A program made the translations under genes and the position numbers. The notes under the pieces were generated by a model. That model was given only the letters and a program-made list of their open reading frames with translations, was not told the DNA's origin and did no database searches. Shown here one piece after another: positions 1 through 13,180 of a stretch of DNA of 64,000 nt (positions within the stretch are counted from its first letter, which is position 1; each line of letters begins with the position of its first letter). Source of the stretch: Saccharolobus solfataricus P2 (GTDB lineage: Archaea; Thermoproteota; Thermoprotei_A; Sulfolobales; Sulfolobaceae); assembly GCF_000007005.1 (NCBI RefSeq), contig NC_002754.1. One strand, given 5' to 3'.

Positions 1-106
1 TTAAGGATTTAACTGGCTATATTTTGTATTGACAAAAGCTAATTCTCTTCGCATCTACTAAGAAAAAGACTATATAATGAATCAATAATTATGAGGTCCC
101 TTGAAA

Positions 107-265
107 TGGATAACATTGGTCTCCTTTGTGAATTCTAAAATGCGGTGGTAAAGATGTTAACATTGGTAATAGCATATCTCTGCTATTCCGTAGTTTTCAT
201 TGAGTTAAATTCGTAGCAATCTTTAATATAAAGTGAATTCACAATGGATAACCGTATGGCCCCCA
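107..265. mobile_element. Diverged SM4-like MITE
   Basis: Similar to the ~160-bp elements at 12834, 30644, 48519 and 57870; internal inverted repeat TTGTGAATTC/GAATTCACAA; ends approximate. Confidence 0.5.
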
Positions 266-395
266 ATATCACTTAAGCCGGATACTTTAATTATGTAAGA
301 TTTTTTTGGAAAAAAATTAAGAATTATAGCCTCTCTCTTTGTCATCGGCTAAGTCCATATGTTAAGTCGGACCTGAGGTGGGGACAAAGTACATG

Positions 396-579
396 TAGTA
401 GTTTTAGGAAATTCCCTTATCATAAAAAGTCAAAATATTTATTCATGTATTTATAAATATCTTTCATTGTACTTCTTAATATTATAGCTTATCAATAAAC
501 ATTTTTCATCTAACTAGGAAAGATTCATTATATATTTTTAACGTAACGTAAAAGTGTAACGATTTTCCTATAAATGCTA
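396..579. mobile_element. SM2-type MITE (184 bp)
   Basis: Imperfect TIR TAGTAGTTTTAGGAAA/TTTCCTATAAATGCTA, 6-bp TSD TACATG; near-identical copy at 43621-43804. Confidence 0.9.
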
Positions 580-691
580 TACATGAAAAGGCCAGATGAA
601 GACGCTAAGTCTATATGTTAAGTAGGAAAAATATATAAATACGTTAAATAATTTATACTAAATTGGAACAGTCGTTGTTCACTCCCTTGAC

Positions 692-1219
692 TCATAGCAA
701 AACACTAACTGAGCAAACCCTTCTGTACTGGCAAGCCTTACACAACAGAGGTGAGGGATTAACAACTGGAGGACTATCATCTTCTAAGCTCTCAACCAAC
801 TCGTTAACTACCTTACCTATATACTCAACGTGTTCTTTCCTAACCTCGATGTTTATCTTCCTCTCCTTATTCATCAATAACACAGTGTTCCTAACCCTAA
901 AACCGTTTCTCTCAGCTAAGTAAGCATAAGCTAACAACTGTATCCTGAAGTGATTGTAGAACCTTCTATAGAACGCCTTAATCTCTATTACGCTATCTTC
1001 AGTTAGAACGTCAACAATTCCATTCAATCCGCTATCCTTATCCCTCAAATGAACTTCGTAATATTTAGGTTCGGGAAAGTCCCTCACAATCTCCTTTAAA
1101 TTCACGTTCTTAGCTATCCTCTGACTATTCGTTATTGGCTCTTTCCATCCCATTTTCTTCCTTATCCAAGGTATGACCTTACATAAGGAATAGTCTTTTA
1201 AATCCGTTACACTAACCAT
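692..1219 (-). CDS. cas4: CRISPR-associated exonuclease Cas4
   Basis: N-terminal Cys plus C-terminal CxxCxxxxxC Fe-S ligands, RecB-like D..EIK and QLLAY motifs; follows cas2. Confidence 0.92.
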   Translation of the reverse strand: MVSVTDLKDYSLCKVIPWIRKKMGWKEPITNSQRIAKNVNLKEIVRDFPEPKYYEVHLRDKDSGLNGIVDVLTEDSVIEIKAFYRRFYNHFRIQLLAYAYLAERNGFRVRNTVLLMNKERKINIEVRKEHVEYIGKVVNELVESLEDDSPPVVNPSPLLCKACQYRRVCSVSVLL

Positions 1220-1473
1220 TCCTCTAATCCCTCCCTACCTATTACAATCCTCCTCTCCCAATCCCTTATGCCTAAAGGGATTATGTGAACTATGTCAGTA
1301 TTTGTGTCAACTATTAGCTTAACAACTCTGACTAAATCCTTAACCCTTTGACTGTCAATATCACCCTCAAAGGCACTTCTCTGAATCCTCTCCAATCCCA
1401 GTTTCTTCAAATTATTGGCTAGTTTATTTCTCTTACTGTCATCGGAAACGTCATATACTACCAATAATTTCAA
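1207..1473 (-). CDS. cas2: CRISPR-associated Cas2
   Basis: LVVYDVSDDSKRNKL...RIQRSAFEG signature, 88 aa. Confidence 0.97.
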   Translation of the reverse strand: MKLLVVYDVSDDSKRNKLANNLKKLGLERIQRSAFEGDIDSQRVKDLVRVVKLIVDTNTDIVHIIPLGIRDWERRIVIGREGLEEWLV

Positions 1474-2393
1474 TCACATCACCAACTTGAAACCCCTATA
1501 CTCCTTCCCCTCCCTTATACTTGACGCCAACTTTACCGCATGAGCCCTTATTGCTTGTATCAATGTTTTTGGATTATGATCACTCTCCTCCTTAACGTTC
1601 TCTTCCATTCCCTTCCTTATCAACTTAGCCAAATCTCCCCTACTGTTCTCCTCTATTAAACCCCCCTTAACCTTTAACCTAAAACCACTTCTGAGAGCCC
1701 TAACTAATAAGAAGTCAATGTATGGTTTAAACATTTCTGAGAAATCGTAAACTAGACTCTCATTTCCAGGTCTATCTTTGTGTATAAAGCCTAGGTAGGG
1801 GTCTAACCCAGCTATAACCAGATATTTGAAAATTGTGTTATAAAGTATTGCGTAAGAGTAGTTCAATGCCATATTAAATTGGTCAGTCCCATCCACATCT
1901 CTACCGTCAAATCCAATATCCTTGGGTAGCAGTTGAGATATGTTCTGCCAATACACTCTAGCAGCAGCCGGTTCATCCTTATCCAACAACTCCTTGTAAT
2001 CGTTCTTAGTTCCAGTTACCCTAGCCCAATACTTTAAGTGTACACTTTGGTTGTAAATCTTTGAACTTATAATCTCCTCTCCGTATCTATTGTCCTTCCT
2101 TACTACAATTGCCTCGTATTGAGCCTTCTTGGTCTTAACAGTCTCAGTTACGATAGAAGGTAATAATATCCCCCAAGGAGTCTCCCTAGAGTTCAAGAAC
2201 ATAACGCTTATACCATGAGTTAAGGCTAACGATAGGGCACTAGTTGAAATCGAACAAGACACAGTTATCAGTATTTCGTCGACTTCAGAAGGCGAAATCT
2301 CAACCTTCTTATCACCTTTCTTTATCACTAACATGTTCTTCTTGACGTAAACATATGCACCGTATTCAGATATTACTAAAGTCCTCACGCTTA

Positions 2394-2397
<4 letters not shown>
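1474..2397 (-). CDS. cas1: CRISPR-associated integrase Cas1
   Basis: EPAAARVYW, FNMALNYSY, GLDPYLGFIH, LVYDFSEMFKP motifs. Confidence 0.97.
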
Positions 2398-3242
<845 letters not shown>

Positions 3243-3298
3243 AATATAATAGCAGTTGAAAAATCTAAAAACCGTTTTAAGGAGGGGGGTAAAAGAAT

Positions 3299-3316
3299 TC
3301 CCGAATTTACTAGGGA
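3299..3316. promoter_or_regulatory. TCCC-N10-GGGA palindrome near the csa1 promoter (likely Csa3 site)
   Basis: TCCCGAATTTACTAGGGA; a related palindrome lies at 3518-3535. Confidence 0.6.
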
Positions 3317-3403
3317 TTAACCTAGAATTAAGAAGATCATCTCTATATAAAGATTAATAATTAAACTAGGGAAAAAACTTACTTCATCGTTAAGAGAATA
3401 GTC

Positions 3404-3440
<37 letters not shown>

Positions 3441-3517
3441 GGGGTCGTTTGATGTTAGTTTCTTAGGAGGTAGGGCGTTATCCTCAAATCATTACCTCCA
3501 TGAAGAATACCTTATCC

Positions 3518-3535
3518 TCCCGGGCTTAGTAGGGA
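3518..3535. promoter_or_regulatory. TCCC-N10-GGGA palindrome in the leader (likely Csa3 site)
   Basis: TCCCGGGCTTAGTAGGGA, upstream of the leader TATA box. Confidence 0.6.
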
Positions 3536-3633
3536 TTGAAAAAACTATAAAAAAATTGAAAACACAAACCAGAGAAAAGCTTATAAATAACTAAGGAGAA
3601 AATAAGAAATAGTAAGAGATTAATAAACCCTCA

Positions 3634-6600
3634 GATAATCTCTTATAGAATTGAAAGTTTGCCATTGCAGAATTATCGCCCAGAACAAATTTCTGATAAT
3701 CTCTTATAGAATTGAAAGATCATATATCTTGTATTCCGCATATTTAAATCTTTCTATCGATAATCTCTTATAGAATTGAAAGGCGGTTGAAGAAAAGTGC
3801 AGGATCACGGGGTCAGGACTGGATAATCTCTTATAGAATTGAAAGTAGACTATGCGTTATACTATGTCCGCAATGGCATTAGCGGATAATCTCTTATAGA
3901 ATTGAAAGTTGTATTTGTCGGTGGGTGAACTAACAAATATACGCCTTGATAATCTCTTATAGAATTGAAAGTCAATTTGTGAAACTTGTCCCGGCTCATT
4001 GGATTTGTTGGATAATCTCTTATAGAATTGAAAGATCAAGGGCAAATCGGGAGTCCAGGAGATTCTCGAAGCAGATAATCTCTTATAGAATTGAAAGCTT
4101 GAAATTACAGAAAAAATAACATTCATTTACCCTGTGGATAATCTCTTATAGAATTGAAAGATTCCAACGGCACTTCTTATTCTTTCACAGTTACGGGCTG
4201 ATAATCTCTTATAGAATTGAAAGCAGAATTAGCACGGTTAGTCGAGCAGTTAGAAATTTACTGATAATCTCTTATAGAATTGAAAGCTTTGAAGTACTCT
4301 TCTCTATGATACGACACCAATTCTCGATAATCTCTTATAGAATTGAAAGAAATTCTCGCAGAATTCTATCTACCGGACGATGTAGCATTGATAATCTCTT
4401 ATAGAATTGAAAGAAACCCGAACTTTTGCTATATATAGCATTTCGAACTTTTACGGATAATCTCTTATAGAATTGAAAGCGACACCAGTCGGTATTATCT
4501 CTTCTTCCTTCAAACCAAGATAATCTCTTATAGAATTGAAAGGAAAAGTTTGGCAGAAAAAGAGTCTGGCTTTGCCAGAAAGGGATAATCTCTTATAGAA
4601 TTGAAAGAAGATTGTGGCTATTGCCGCACCGGCGTAAGCGTATTCTTGATAATCTCTTATAGAATTGAAAGCCAAATGCCCGTGAAACATAAACATAATC
4701 TCCAGTAGACCGATAATCTCTTATAGAATTGAAAGGCTAATTCCAATGCTAAGTTATCTAGGGCAACAAACAATTGATAATCTCTTATAGAATTGAAAGT
4801 CACGTTTGCCGTACTCCACCAAAGATATGTATTGAAAGATAATCTCTTATAGAATTGAAAGGACTCGAAAGCCAAAGAGAACGAGAAATGGGACCGTAGA
4901 TAATCTCTTATAGAATTGAAAGAGCATAAGACCAAGCGCAATTGCGAGGTAATCAAAAAGGATAATCTCTTATAGAATTGAAAGACAACTCGTTCCTGGG
5001 TATCCCTGTTTTGTCTTCTAACGATAATCTCTTATAGAATTGAAAGTTTTGTCTCCAAATCGTTTGTCCAATCAAACTTAATTAAGATAATCTCTTATAG
5101 AATTGAAAGCCTTCAAACATAAGTTTGACAAATACGGTAGCCCCGCAGATAATCTCTTATAGAATTGAAAGTTTTATCCATTTGATCCCTTCCTTATAAT
5201 ACAGACCTATGATAATCTCTTATAGAATTGAAAGCAGATAGATTCCATAACTCACCTCGCCCAAGAAGACTGGATAATCTCTTATAGAATTGAAAGATAA
5301 AATAATCGTTCAATATTTCAATGAAACTGGTGTTATGGGATAATCTCTTATAGAATTGAAAGAAAAGCCAATCCCAAGATACATCATCGCAGAAATATTC
5401 AGATAATCTCTTATAGAATTGAAAGTTTTGATAACTAGATGTGGAACCGAAGTTTACTACTAGTTGATAATCTCTTATAGAATTGAAAGACAGTACCATC
5501 AAAATTAGGATAGCCGCCACAAACCAGATAATCTCTTATAGAATTGAAAGAAAGAAGCGATCAAAAAGCTGGATAAGGAGTTGAAGCAGGATAATCTCTT
5601 ATAGAATTGAAAGGGTTTCTCTCTTGTCGCCTCTGCCAGTGCATCATCTAGGATAATCTCTTATAGAATTGAAAGTCTTGTGTGGTGTTAACGATCTCGA
5701 ATCCTGGGGGTAGGATAATCTCTTATAGAATTGAAAGATAAAACATATGTATTGGTGCCTATAATTAATAGCCATCGATAATCTCTTATAGAATTGAAAG
5801 TCCAGTTTCCTTTGCAACATTATCTATAAACGTGTCCTTGATAATCTCTTATAGAATTGAAAGCTCACTATGTTTGCTGTCGAGAAGTTGAATAAGCAGT
5901 GATAATCTCTTATAGAATTGAAAGTCTCCTTTTCTTCTAAGCTAAGATAAGCCTGTTTAATAGATAATCTCTTATAGAATTGAAAGTTACCTCTACAACT
6001 CCCAGCTTCCTCTGTTGAATGCGGAGATAATCTCTTATAGAATTGAAAGTTCAATTTATGTGTTACTTTTAATAATTGTTTCACTGCCTGATAATCTCTT
6101 ATAGAATTGAAAGTCGGATATGTCAGTCTTGACGAATTCGTATGCGTCTCCTTGATAATCTCTTATAGAATTGAAAGAAATATAAACCATAAATCGTCAA
6201 CAATTAGACTAACATGATAATCTCTTATAGAATTGAAAGCATGGTGGGGGGGCGTCAAAAATTCAGAAATATTTTGCATGATAATCTCTTATAGAATTGA
6301 AAGAACTCCTTTGCAATCCTATATCTAGTGTAGCCGTCTAAGATAATCTCTTATAGAATTGAAAGCTGCTCCATCAAACGGCCCCGTGAGGGATACTATG
6401 AAGATAATCTCTTATAGAATTGAAAGAATTTGAACATAATTCGGCCTCGTCAGTTTTCCACAGATAGATAATCTCTTATAGAATTGAAAGTCCCTAACTT
6501 AGGTTGGGGTAAAGAAATAGAACATAGATGATAATCTCTTATAGAATTGAAAGTTTACTGACAACGCCATCATACTTACTAGCCCAACTAAGATAATCTC

Positions 6601-9600
6601 TTATAGAATTGAAAGGTCCATTCTCCATTTATCTCAACCTTATCACAAATTTGGAGATAATCTCTTATAGAATTGAAAGTCAGTTCTAGAAAGAATTATT
6701 AGCATTAGATCTTCTAGACTGATAATCTCTTATAGAATTGAAAGCTCTCTATCCCAGATGGAATTCCAAAGGATCAAGCAGGATAATCTCTTATAGAATT
6801 GAAAGATCTGAATTTCCTCAGCTTCCATTGCATAATTTATTCTAGATAATCTCTTATAGAATTGAAAGTATTTACCTTAATATTATGTATAATAGATAAG
6901 AGCTCCCTGATAATCTCTTATAGAATTGAAAGACTATGGACCTACTACAGGGCCTATCTGACTTTCTGTCGATAATCTCTTATAGAATTGAAAGTTATTG
7001 TCAGAAAAAGAAATTATACTCCGATTAATAGCGATAATCTCTTATAGAATTGAAAGGTCAAAATTGCCCAACCGAACGTTAGCAAAAATGCAGCACGATA
7101 ATCTCTTATAGAATTGAAAGTCCCTTTCAGATTTGCAATATGTTAGAGCGAGCTTCGCAAAGATAATCTCTTATAGAATTGAAAGGCTGAATTGTAAAAT
7201 TACGTTTATTACTTTCAGTCAACCGATAATCTCTTATAGAATTGAAAGGTTTTATTTATAAACGGCGGGTCTAGATAAAATACAGTTGATAATCTCTTAT
7301 AGAATTGAAAGTCACTCTTTCAGTCATCATTCTCTTTGCTGAGATTGCTCTGATAATCTCTTATAGAATTGAAAGGCGAAAACAATAGCAGGCGAAATAG
7401 AAGATAAAATGATAATCTCTTATAGAATTGAAAGGCAATAGACAATATAAGGAAGAGCTTACCACCTAGAGGCGATAATCTCTTATAGAATTGAAAGGCT
7501 TCTTGTCCCTGAACTCCTTCTTGAAATGGATTTATTGATAATCTCTTATAGAATTGAAAGTTTCGTATAAGGACCAGAACGGCAATACCCAAACTGTGAT
7601 AATCTCTTATAGAATTGAAAGCTACTACATCATCCTCTACCACGCCAAGCCAACAACCGATAATCTCTTATAGAATTGAAAGATCTAGCGTTGTCTCTGC
7701 CGTTATATATTTGAAAGTGTGATAATCTCTTATAGAATTGAAAGATCGCTGATCCAGAACCACGTGGCGAATACAGGAAGAACTAGATAATCTCTTATAG
7801 AATTGAAAGATCAAAAGTCCGCTATGGTCTAACGGTGTAAATAATTCTGATAATCTCTTATAGAATTGAAAGAATTGGATCCCTACGGTTGACGGATCAC
7901 CGAAAGTGTGATAATCTCTTATAGAATTGAAAGATCATATTTTGAATTCTCTTATACAGAAATCTTTGATATGATAATCTCTTATAGAATTGAAAGATAG
8001 CTATATATGGAAATGTTCCAGACGCGGAATATGTTGCGATAATCTCTTATAGAATTGAAAGAAGCCTACACAGGATAGGATACTCAAATTATATGAAAAT
8101 GATAATCTCTTATAGAATTGAAAGTTTGCGCATTTACTTTTGTATGAGCTAGGCTATTTACATCATGATAATCTCTTATAGAATTGAAAGCTGAAATATC
8201 CTTCAAATTGATTTGCCAATAAATTAAGATAATCTCTTATAGAATTGAAAGTGTTCTGTCGTTACTGTCGTAAAGCACGTCCTATTATGATAATCTCTTA
8301 TAGAATTGAAAGACAGTGCAGAAGTCTAATCCAAATTATTCTACTTTAGCGATAATCTCTTATAGAATTGAAAGTCCTTGGAGATGTTGATGTTTTATAC
8401 GGTATTATGTGAAGATAATCTCTTATAGAATTGAAAGGCACAATTCGCCAACGATTTCGGTTCGCTTTATACCTTGATAATCTCTTATAGAATTGAAAGC
8501 AAATTTCGGCGAAAATTGTACCGAATTTCGGCATTGCTGGGATAATCTCTTATAGAATTGAAAGAAGATCATGGTATTGATATTCAAAAACATTATTCAG
8601 AGTGGATAATCTCTTATAGAATTGAAAGATTAGAAAAGTTTAAGATTACGCATGCAAATATGTTTTTGATGATAATCTCTTATAGAATTGAAAGTTCTGT
8701 TTCGAAGAAAACCCGCCTCAGATTCATTATGGGGATAATCTCTTATAGAATTGAAAGAAATCAAACGGAAACTCCCCGGATATTATCATGTCTAAAGATA
8801 ATCTCTTATAGAATTGAAAGCCTCATCGTAAACATGCAATCTTGCATATTCAGTGTAGATAATCTCTTATAGAATTGAAAGGCGATATATGTTATAAGAG
8901 GAGAAGGGACTTTACCCCCTGATAATCTCTTATAGAATTGAAAGATATACATCGCCGGTTTTATAGCAACTGCACAGCAACAAATGATAATCTCTTATAG
9001 AATTGAAAGGAAGTTGCAAAAATTGCCAATGTTTTTTTCAAACGCGTGATAATCTCTTATAGAATTGAAAGATTTATGATGAAAATAGGAAATTTTTCAG
9101 AAGAATTATAGATAATCTCTTATAGAATTGAAAGAAAAGTTTAAATACCCGAAGCCACAAAGGTAAAAATAGATAATCTCTTATAGAATTGAAAGCGTTC
9201 TAGAGCTAAACGATGCATACGCGGTGGTACAACTAGATAATCTCTTATAGAATTGAAAGATTCGGGGAAAACTTATGCATTATAAGAAGAAGAGATATTT
9301 GATAATCTCTTATAGAATTGAAAGTCAAATAAGGAACAACTCTGGGTAAGCCCACAATACGCAAGATAATCTCTTATAGAATTGAAAGCTTAGCGTCTCA
9401 ACCTGAACCAAACTTCCTAGATCAACGATAATCTCTTATAGAATTGAAAGTAAACTAGATCCTTATATTTCACGTAAATGTAAAGGGGGATAATCTCTTA
9501 TAGAATTGAAAGTAAGGAGTAAGCTAGCACTAGCAATAGCGGTTGCAATAGATAATCTCTTATAGAATTGAAAGGTTCATCAGTTCTACCTTTTGGTCCA

Positions 9601-9637
9601 AAGGCTGATCCAAGAGAATCTCTTATAGAATTGAAAG
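3634..9637 (+). CRISPR. CRISPR array, 24-bp repeat GATAATCTCTTATAGAATTGAAAG, 96 repeats/95 spacers (hand count)
   Basis: Exact repeats with ~35-43 nt unique spacers; terminal repeat 9614-9637 has a T3>G change, which fixes orientation away from the leader. Confidence 0.99.
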
Positions 9638-9989
9638 ATCTTGATGATATTCAATGAAGTCCATTAGTACTTCCCCCCAAGGAGGTTGGAGAGAGGGAGA
9701 AAAAGAGTCGTTTGAGAGGTTGATAAATAGGATTATGAGGTTGGGAAGGGTTAGAGGGATGAGAGTGATTTTTGCAACGTATAAACCCCAAGATTTAAAT
9801 GATTTAATGTTAACGTTAACTAACTTAAAGATTGCATTGAGGGTTAAAGAAGACGCTTTAGATAGGATTAACATGAAGGAATAAGCTAAGTTGTTGCAAG
9901 CTTCACCACCAGGGTATGGAGCGTTGAGGACTTTCTCGTTAAAGGTGAGAGATCTGATATTCAGAAATGAGAAGTATCAAGATTCATGA
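9638..9989 (+). pseudogene. HerA/FtsK-family ATPase C-terminal relic
   Basis: ILMIFNEVH*YFP (decayed Walker B), frameshift in a C6 run, then RLGRVRGMRVIFATYKPQDL; second stop at 9882. Confidence 0.75.
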
Positions 9990-10013
9990 AGATTAGATAG
10001 ATCTTAGTAGTGT

Positions 10014-10646
10014 TTAGAAGGTAGTATTATTTCTAGTTAAAGTGCCAAGCACTGCCTTAGGTGTAAAATCCCTTCCATCATAGGTCCACACGCTATTTAA
10101 ACTGTAAGCGTATTCTAAAAACCTCCTTAACAAATTGTCATTTGGCAACTCATTATGCTATTCTCATTTCCTAAAACGATTAGTTTATACCTTGGTCTAG
10201 TAAAGGCAACGTTTAACCTCCTTCTATTGGTAACAAATCTCAAGCCATTAGTCGCGGTCACGCTAAAAATTATCACGTCTTTCTCCCTCCCTTGAAATGC
10301 GTCAACTGTGTTTACCTCAACATATGGCTTATAGTTTGCCAATTCTTGGTCTAACTTTCTCACTTGAGTTCTATAAGGCGATATAACTCCAACATCTTGT
10401 CCTATTAATTTGGATATAAGAAATTTAATGGCTTTCACGATTTCCTCTGCGACCTTGTAAGCTTTTCCTGAAGCTTGAATAGTATCTCCTTTCTTTAAGT
10501 ACTCGTAAGCTTCAGCCATATATTTTTCGGCAATTTCTAACCTCAATCTAATTCCTTCTTGTGGGTCATCCTTAGATATTTCTCTGATCAGTAGATCCTC
10601 TACGTCAATGCCTTTCTCTCTAGCCTTTTTTTATTAACTCTTCCAT
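10014..10646 (-). pseudogene. Chimera: PaREP1-like N-terminus fused to an SF1 (UPF1/DNA2-like) helicase C-terminus
   Basis: ATG at 10646 (MEELIKK..), +1 shift in an A7 run, AEKYMAEAYEYLKKGDTIQASGKAYK; then ISPYRTQV, TVDAFQGREKD, RRLNVAFTR; tail frameshifted. Confidence 0.75.
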
Positions 10647-11058
10647 AAGTAAATTAAGGTGAGACGGGGTTATAAATTAAAGCTCATATAATCATAACAT
10701 GACTCAAGCTTTCATTGTGAATTATAATTTATGATTAACATCCCAAGGAAAATTCTAGACTATGAAAATTTTATATTAAAAGGATCAAGAGAGCGAAAGT
10801 CTTCTCCCATGAGGAATATGGCTCCCTATACATTTTGCTGAATCCTTTAATTTTCTTAAATGCTAGGATAATAAATTTTCCTTGAACTAGAGTGTTAATT
10901 TGAAAGCAAATTCAATGTTAGCATTGTTGAAAATTTAAGCAATCCACAAAGCATTGAAAGCGTTAATGGGTGCAATTATAGGATAGTATTTTTGCGTAAA
11001 ATCCTAGAATGCGGGGTTTTGGCATACGTTAGTATTACTTATAAAATATAAATCTTGC

Positions 11059-11145
11059 TCTTTAAAATCTAACGATGTATAAAATCAAGTTAGCGACAGA
11101 CGCAGTAGTCTTAAACCAAATCTTTAAAATCTAACGATGTATAAA
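11059..11145. repeat. Two exact 25-bp direct repeats separated by 37 nt (CRISPR-like mini-array or operator pair)
   Basis: TCTTTAAAATCTAACGATGTATAAA at 11059-11083 and 11121-11145. Confidence 0.85.
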
Positions 11146-11282
11146 CTTCCTATCTTGTTCCTATTACTTTTAGAAGGATTCTGGAATCAATTTATCTTTT
11201 GCACTATAGGAAAATTGTGTATTAAAAAATTTTAAAATTAAGTTGGAATAATTTTTTATTCTTAAATCATTAAGGGTAGAAC

Positions 11283-12542
11283 ATGGAGGAACTTCTTACT
11301 TCGAATTTATTGGTTCAACAAGTTAAGAAGTTGTATAAAGTTGGTGAATTGTTGGGTTTAGATAGTGAGACTATAGATGTCCTTTCTCAACCAGAAAGGG
11401 TTATGCAAGTTAAGATACAGATTAGGAGTTCTGATGGTAAGTTAAGGACGTTTATTGGTTGGAGAAGTCAGCATAATTCAGCCTTGGGTCCATATAAGGG
11501 AGGAGTTAGATACGGTCCCAATGTTACACAAGATGAAGTAATAGCACTATCGATGATTATGACGTGGAAGAACTCCCTTTTATTACTACCCTATGGGGGA
11601 GGAAAGGGTGGGATAAGAGTAGATCCTAAGAAGCTAACATTAAAGGAATTGGAGGATTTGTCTAGGAAATACGTTCAATTGATTCACAAGTATTTGGGTA
11701 GTGATGTTGACATTCCTGCACCTGACATTAATACTAACCCGCAAACTATGGCTTGGTTCCTAGATGAATACATAAAGATAACTGGTAAAGTAGATTTCGC
11801 AGTGTTTACTGGTAAGCCTTCCGAGCTAGGTGGGATAGGTGTTAGACTCTACAGCACTGGGTTGGGTGTAGCGACAATAGCTAGAGATGCTGCTAATAAG
11901 TTTATAGGAGGAATTGAAGGATCAAGGGTTATAATTCAAGGGTTTGGAAACGTTGGTTTTTTTACCGCTAAATTCTTGAGCGAAATGGGGGCTAAAATAA
12001 TTGGAGTTAGCGATATTGGAGGAGGGGTAATTAATGAAAATGGAATAGACGTTAATAGGGCGTTGGAAGTTGTTCAGAGTACAGGTAGTGTTGTGAATTA
12101 CCTTGAGGGTAAAAAGGTTACGAATGAGGAGTTGTTAATAAGCGATTGTGATATATTGATTCCGGCTGCAGTGGAAAACGTTATAAATAAGTTTAATGCT
12201 CCGAAGGTTAGGGCAAAGCTTATTGTTGAAGGTGCAAATGGTCCATTGACTGCAGATGCTGATGAAATAATGAAGCAAAGGGGTGTAATAGTCATACCAG
12301 ACATTTTAGCTAACGCAGGGGGAGTTGTGGGTAGTTATGTGGAGTGGGCTAACAATAGGTCTGGTGGAATAATTAGTGATGAGGAGGCTAAGAAACTTAT
12401 TGTAGATAGAATGATAAATGCTTTTAATACTTTATACGATTTTCACAAGAGAAAGTTTGCTGATCAGGATTTGAGGACTGTAGCGATGGCTTTAGCTGTG
12501 GATAGAGTAGTAGGGGCAATGAAGGCGAGGGGTCTACTATAA
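11283..12542 (+). CDS. gdhA: Glutamate dehydrogenase
   Basis: [39 protein letters not shown] motifs. Confidence 0.97.
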   Translation: MEELLTSNLLVQQVKKLYKVGELLGLDSETIDVLSQPERVMQVKIQIRSSDGKLRTFIGWRSQHNSALGPYKGGVRYGPNVTQDEVIALSMIMTWKNSLLLLPYGGGKGGIRVDPKKLTLKELEDLSRKYVQLIHKYLGSDVDIPAPDINTNPQTMAWFLDEYIKITGKVDFAVFTGKPSELGGIGVRLYSTGLGVATIARDAANKFIGGIEGSRVIIQGFGNVGFFTAKFLSEMGAKIIGVSDIGGGVINENGIDVNRALEVVQSTGSVVNYLEGKKVTNEELLISDCDILIPAAVENVINKFNAPKVRAKLIVEGANGPLTADADEIMKQRGVIVIPDILANAGGVVGSYVEWANNRSGGIISDEEAKKLIVDRMINAFNTLYDFHKRKFADQDLRTVAMALAVDRVVGAMKARGLL

Positions 12543-12723
12543 TATGTTCTTCTTTTCTCAGTCTTAAACTTATGCTAGGTATTAGACAGCTATTTTTTTT
12601 TTGTGTTTGTTCACCTATCAAATATTTTTTACTAAGAGCTATATTATCTTATTTTAGAGAAATGATCAGAGATAATATTAGTTCTTCACACCTCTTAACT
12701 ATTGGTGAAAGTTCGACAATTTC

Positions 12724-12830
12724 TGCTTAGTTGGTACATTGAATACCTTATATACTATTTTACTATCTTCCTTTCAATTAATGATTGGATGTTCAATTAG
12801 ATCTATGATGCCTCTTAACTTTTAGTGAGA
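12724..12830 (-). mobile_element. Partial SM3-like MITE
   Basis: TGCTTAGTTG end and CTATCTTCCTTTCAATTAAT core match the reverse complement of 25159-25289. Confidence 0.5.
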
Positions 12831-12833
12831 ATG

Positions 12834-12995
12834 GGAGATTCAGATATCCATTGCGAATTCACTTTATTTTAAAGATTGCTACGAATTTAACTAAATGGAG
12901 GCGATTAACTAGCAGAGACACTCAATACCAATATTAACATTTTTTACAACGTATTATTAACAAATTACAATTCGCAAAGGAGAACTGAATCGTCC
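12834..12995. mobile_element. SM4-like MITE (~162 bp)
   Basis: ~23-bp imperfect TIR GATTCAGATATCCATTGCGAATT vs reverse-complemented GATTCAGTTCTCCTTTGCGAATT. Confidence 0.7.
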
Positions 12996-13180
12996 TGAAT
13001 GACTGATATGTTTACAAAGATCATTAAAATAGAATTTTTATAGTATTTTTATCAGATAACACTAGACTATAAATCTAATGGAAACAGTAACGTTACTCTA
13101 GTCCAGATGTTGGATCGTATTGTTAGCAAAGTAACGTTTTTAGATCTTCATGTTTCTCTAGGGTTAAGAAAAATCAGTTA

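Noticed and set aside
663-923. 86-aa plus-strand ORF
   Set aside because: Antisense shadow of cas4
4414-4455. Spacer sharing a 14-nt match (TATATAGCATTTCG) with the ISC1043 end near 39195 and loose similarity to 53880
   Set aside because: About one such AT-rich match is expected by chance across 95 spacers and 64 kb; the flanks do not extend. No convincing self-targeting spacer was seen by eye, but no exhaustive search was possible
3857-8872. Nine ORFs inside the CRISPR array (FQFYKRLS, NSIRDY or IISYRIE repeats)
   Set aside because: They are translations of the repeat, not genes
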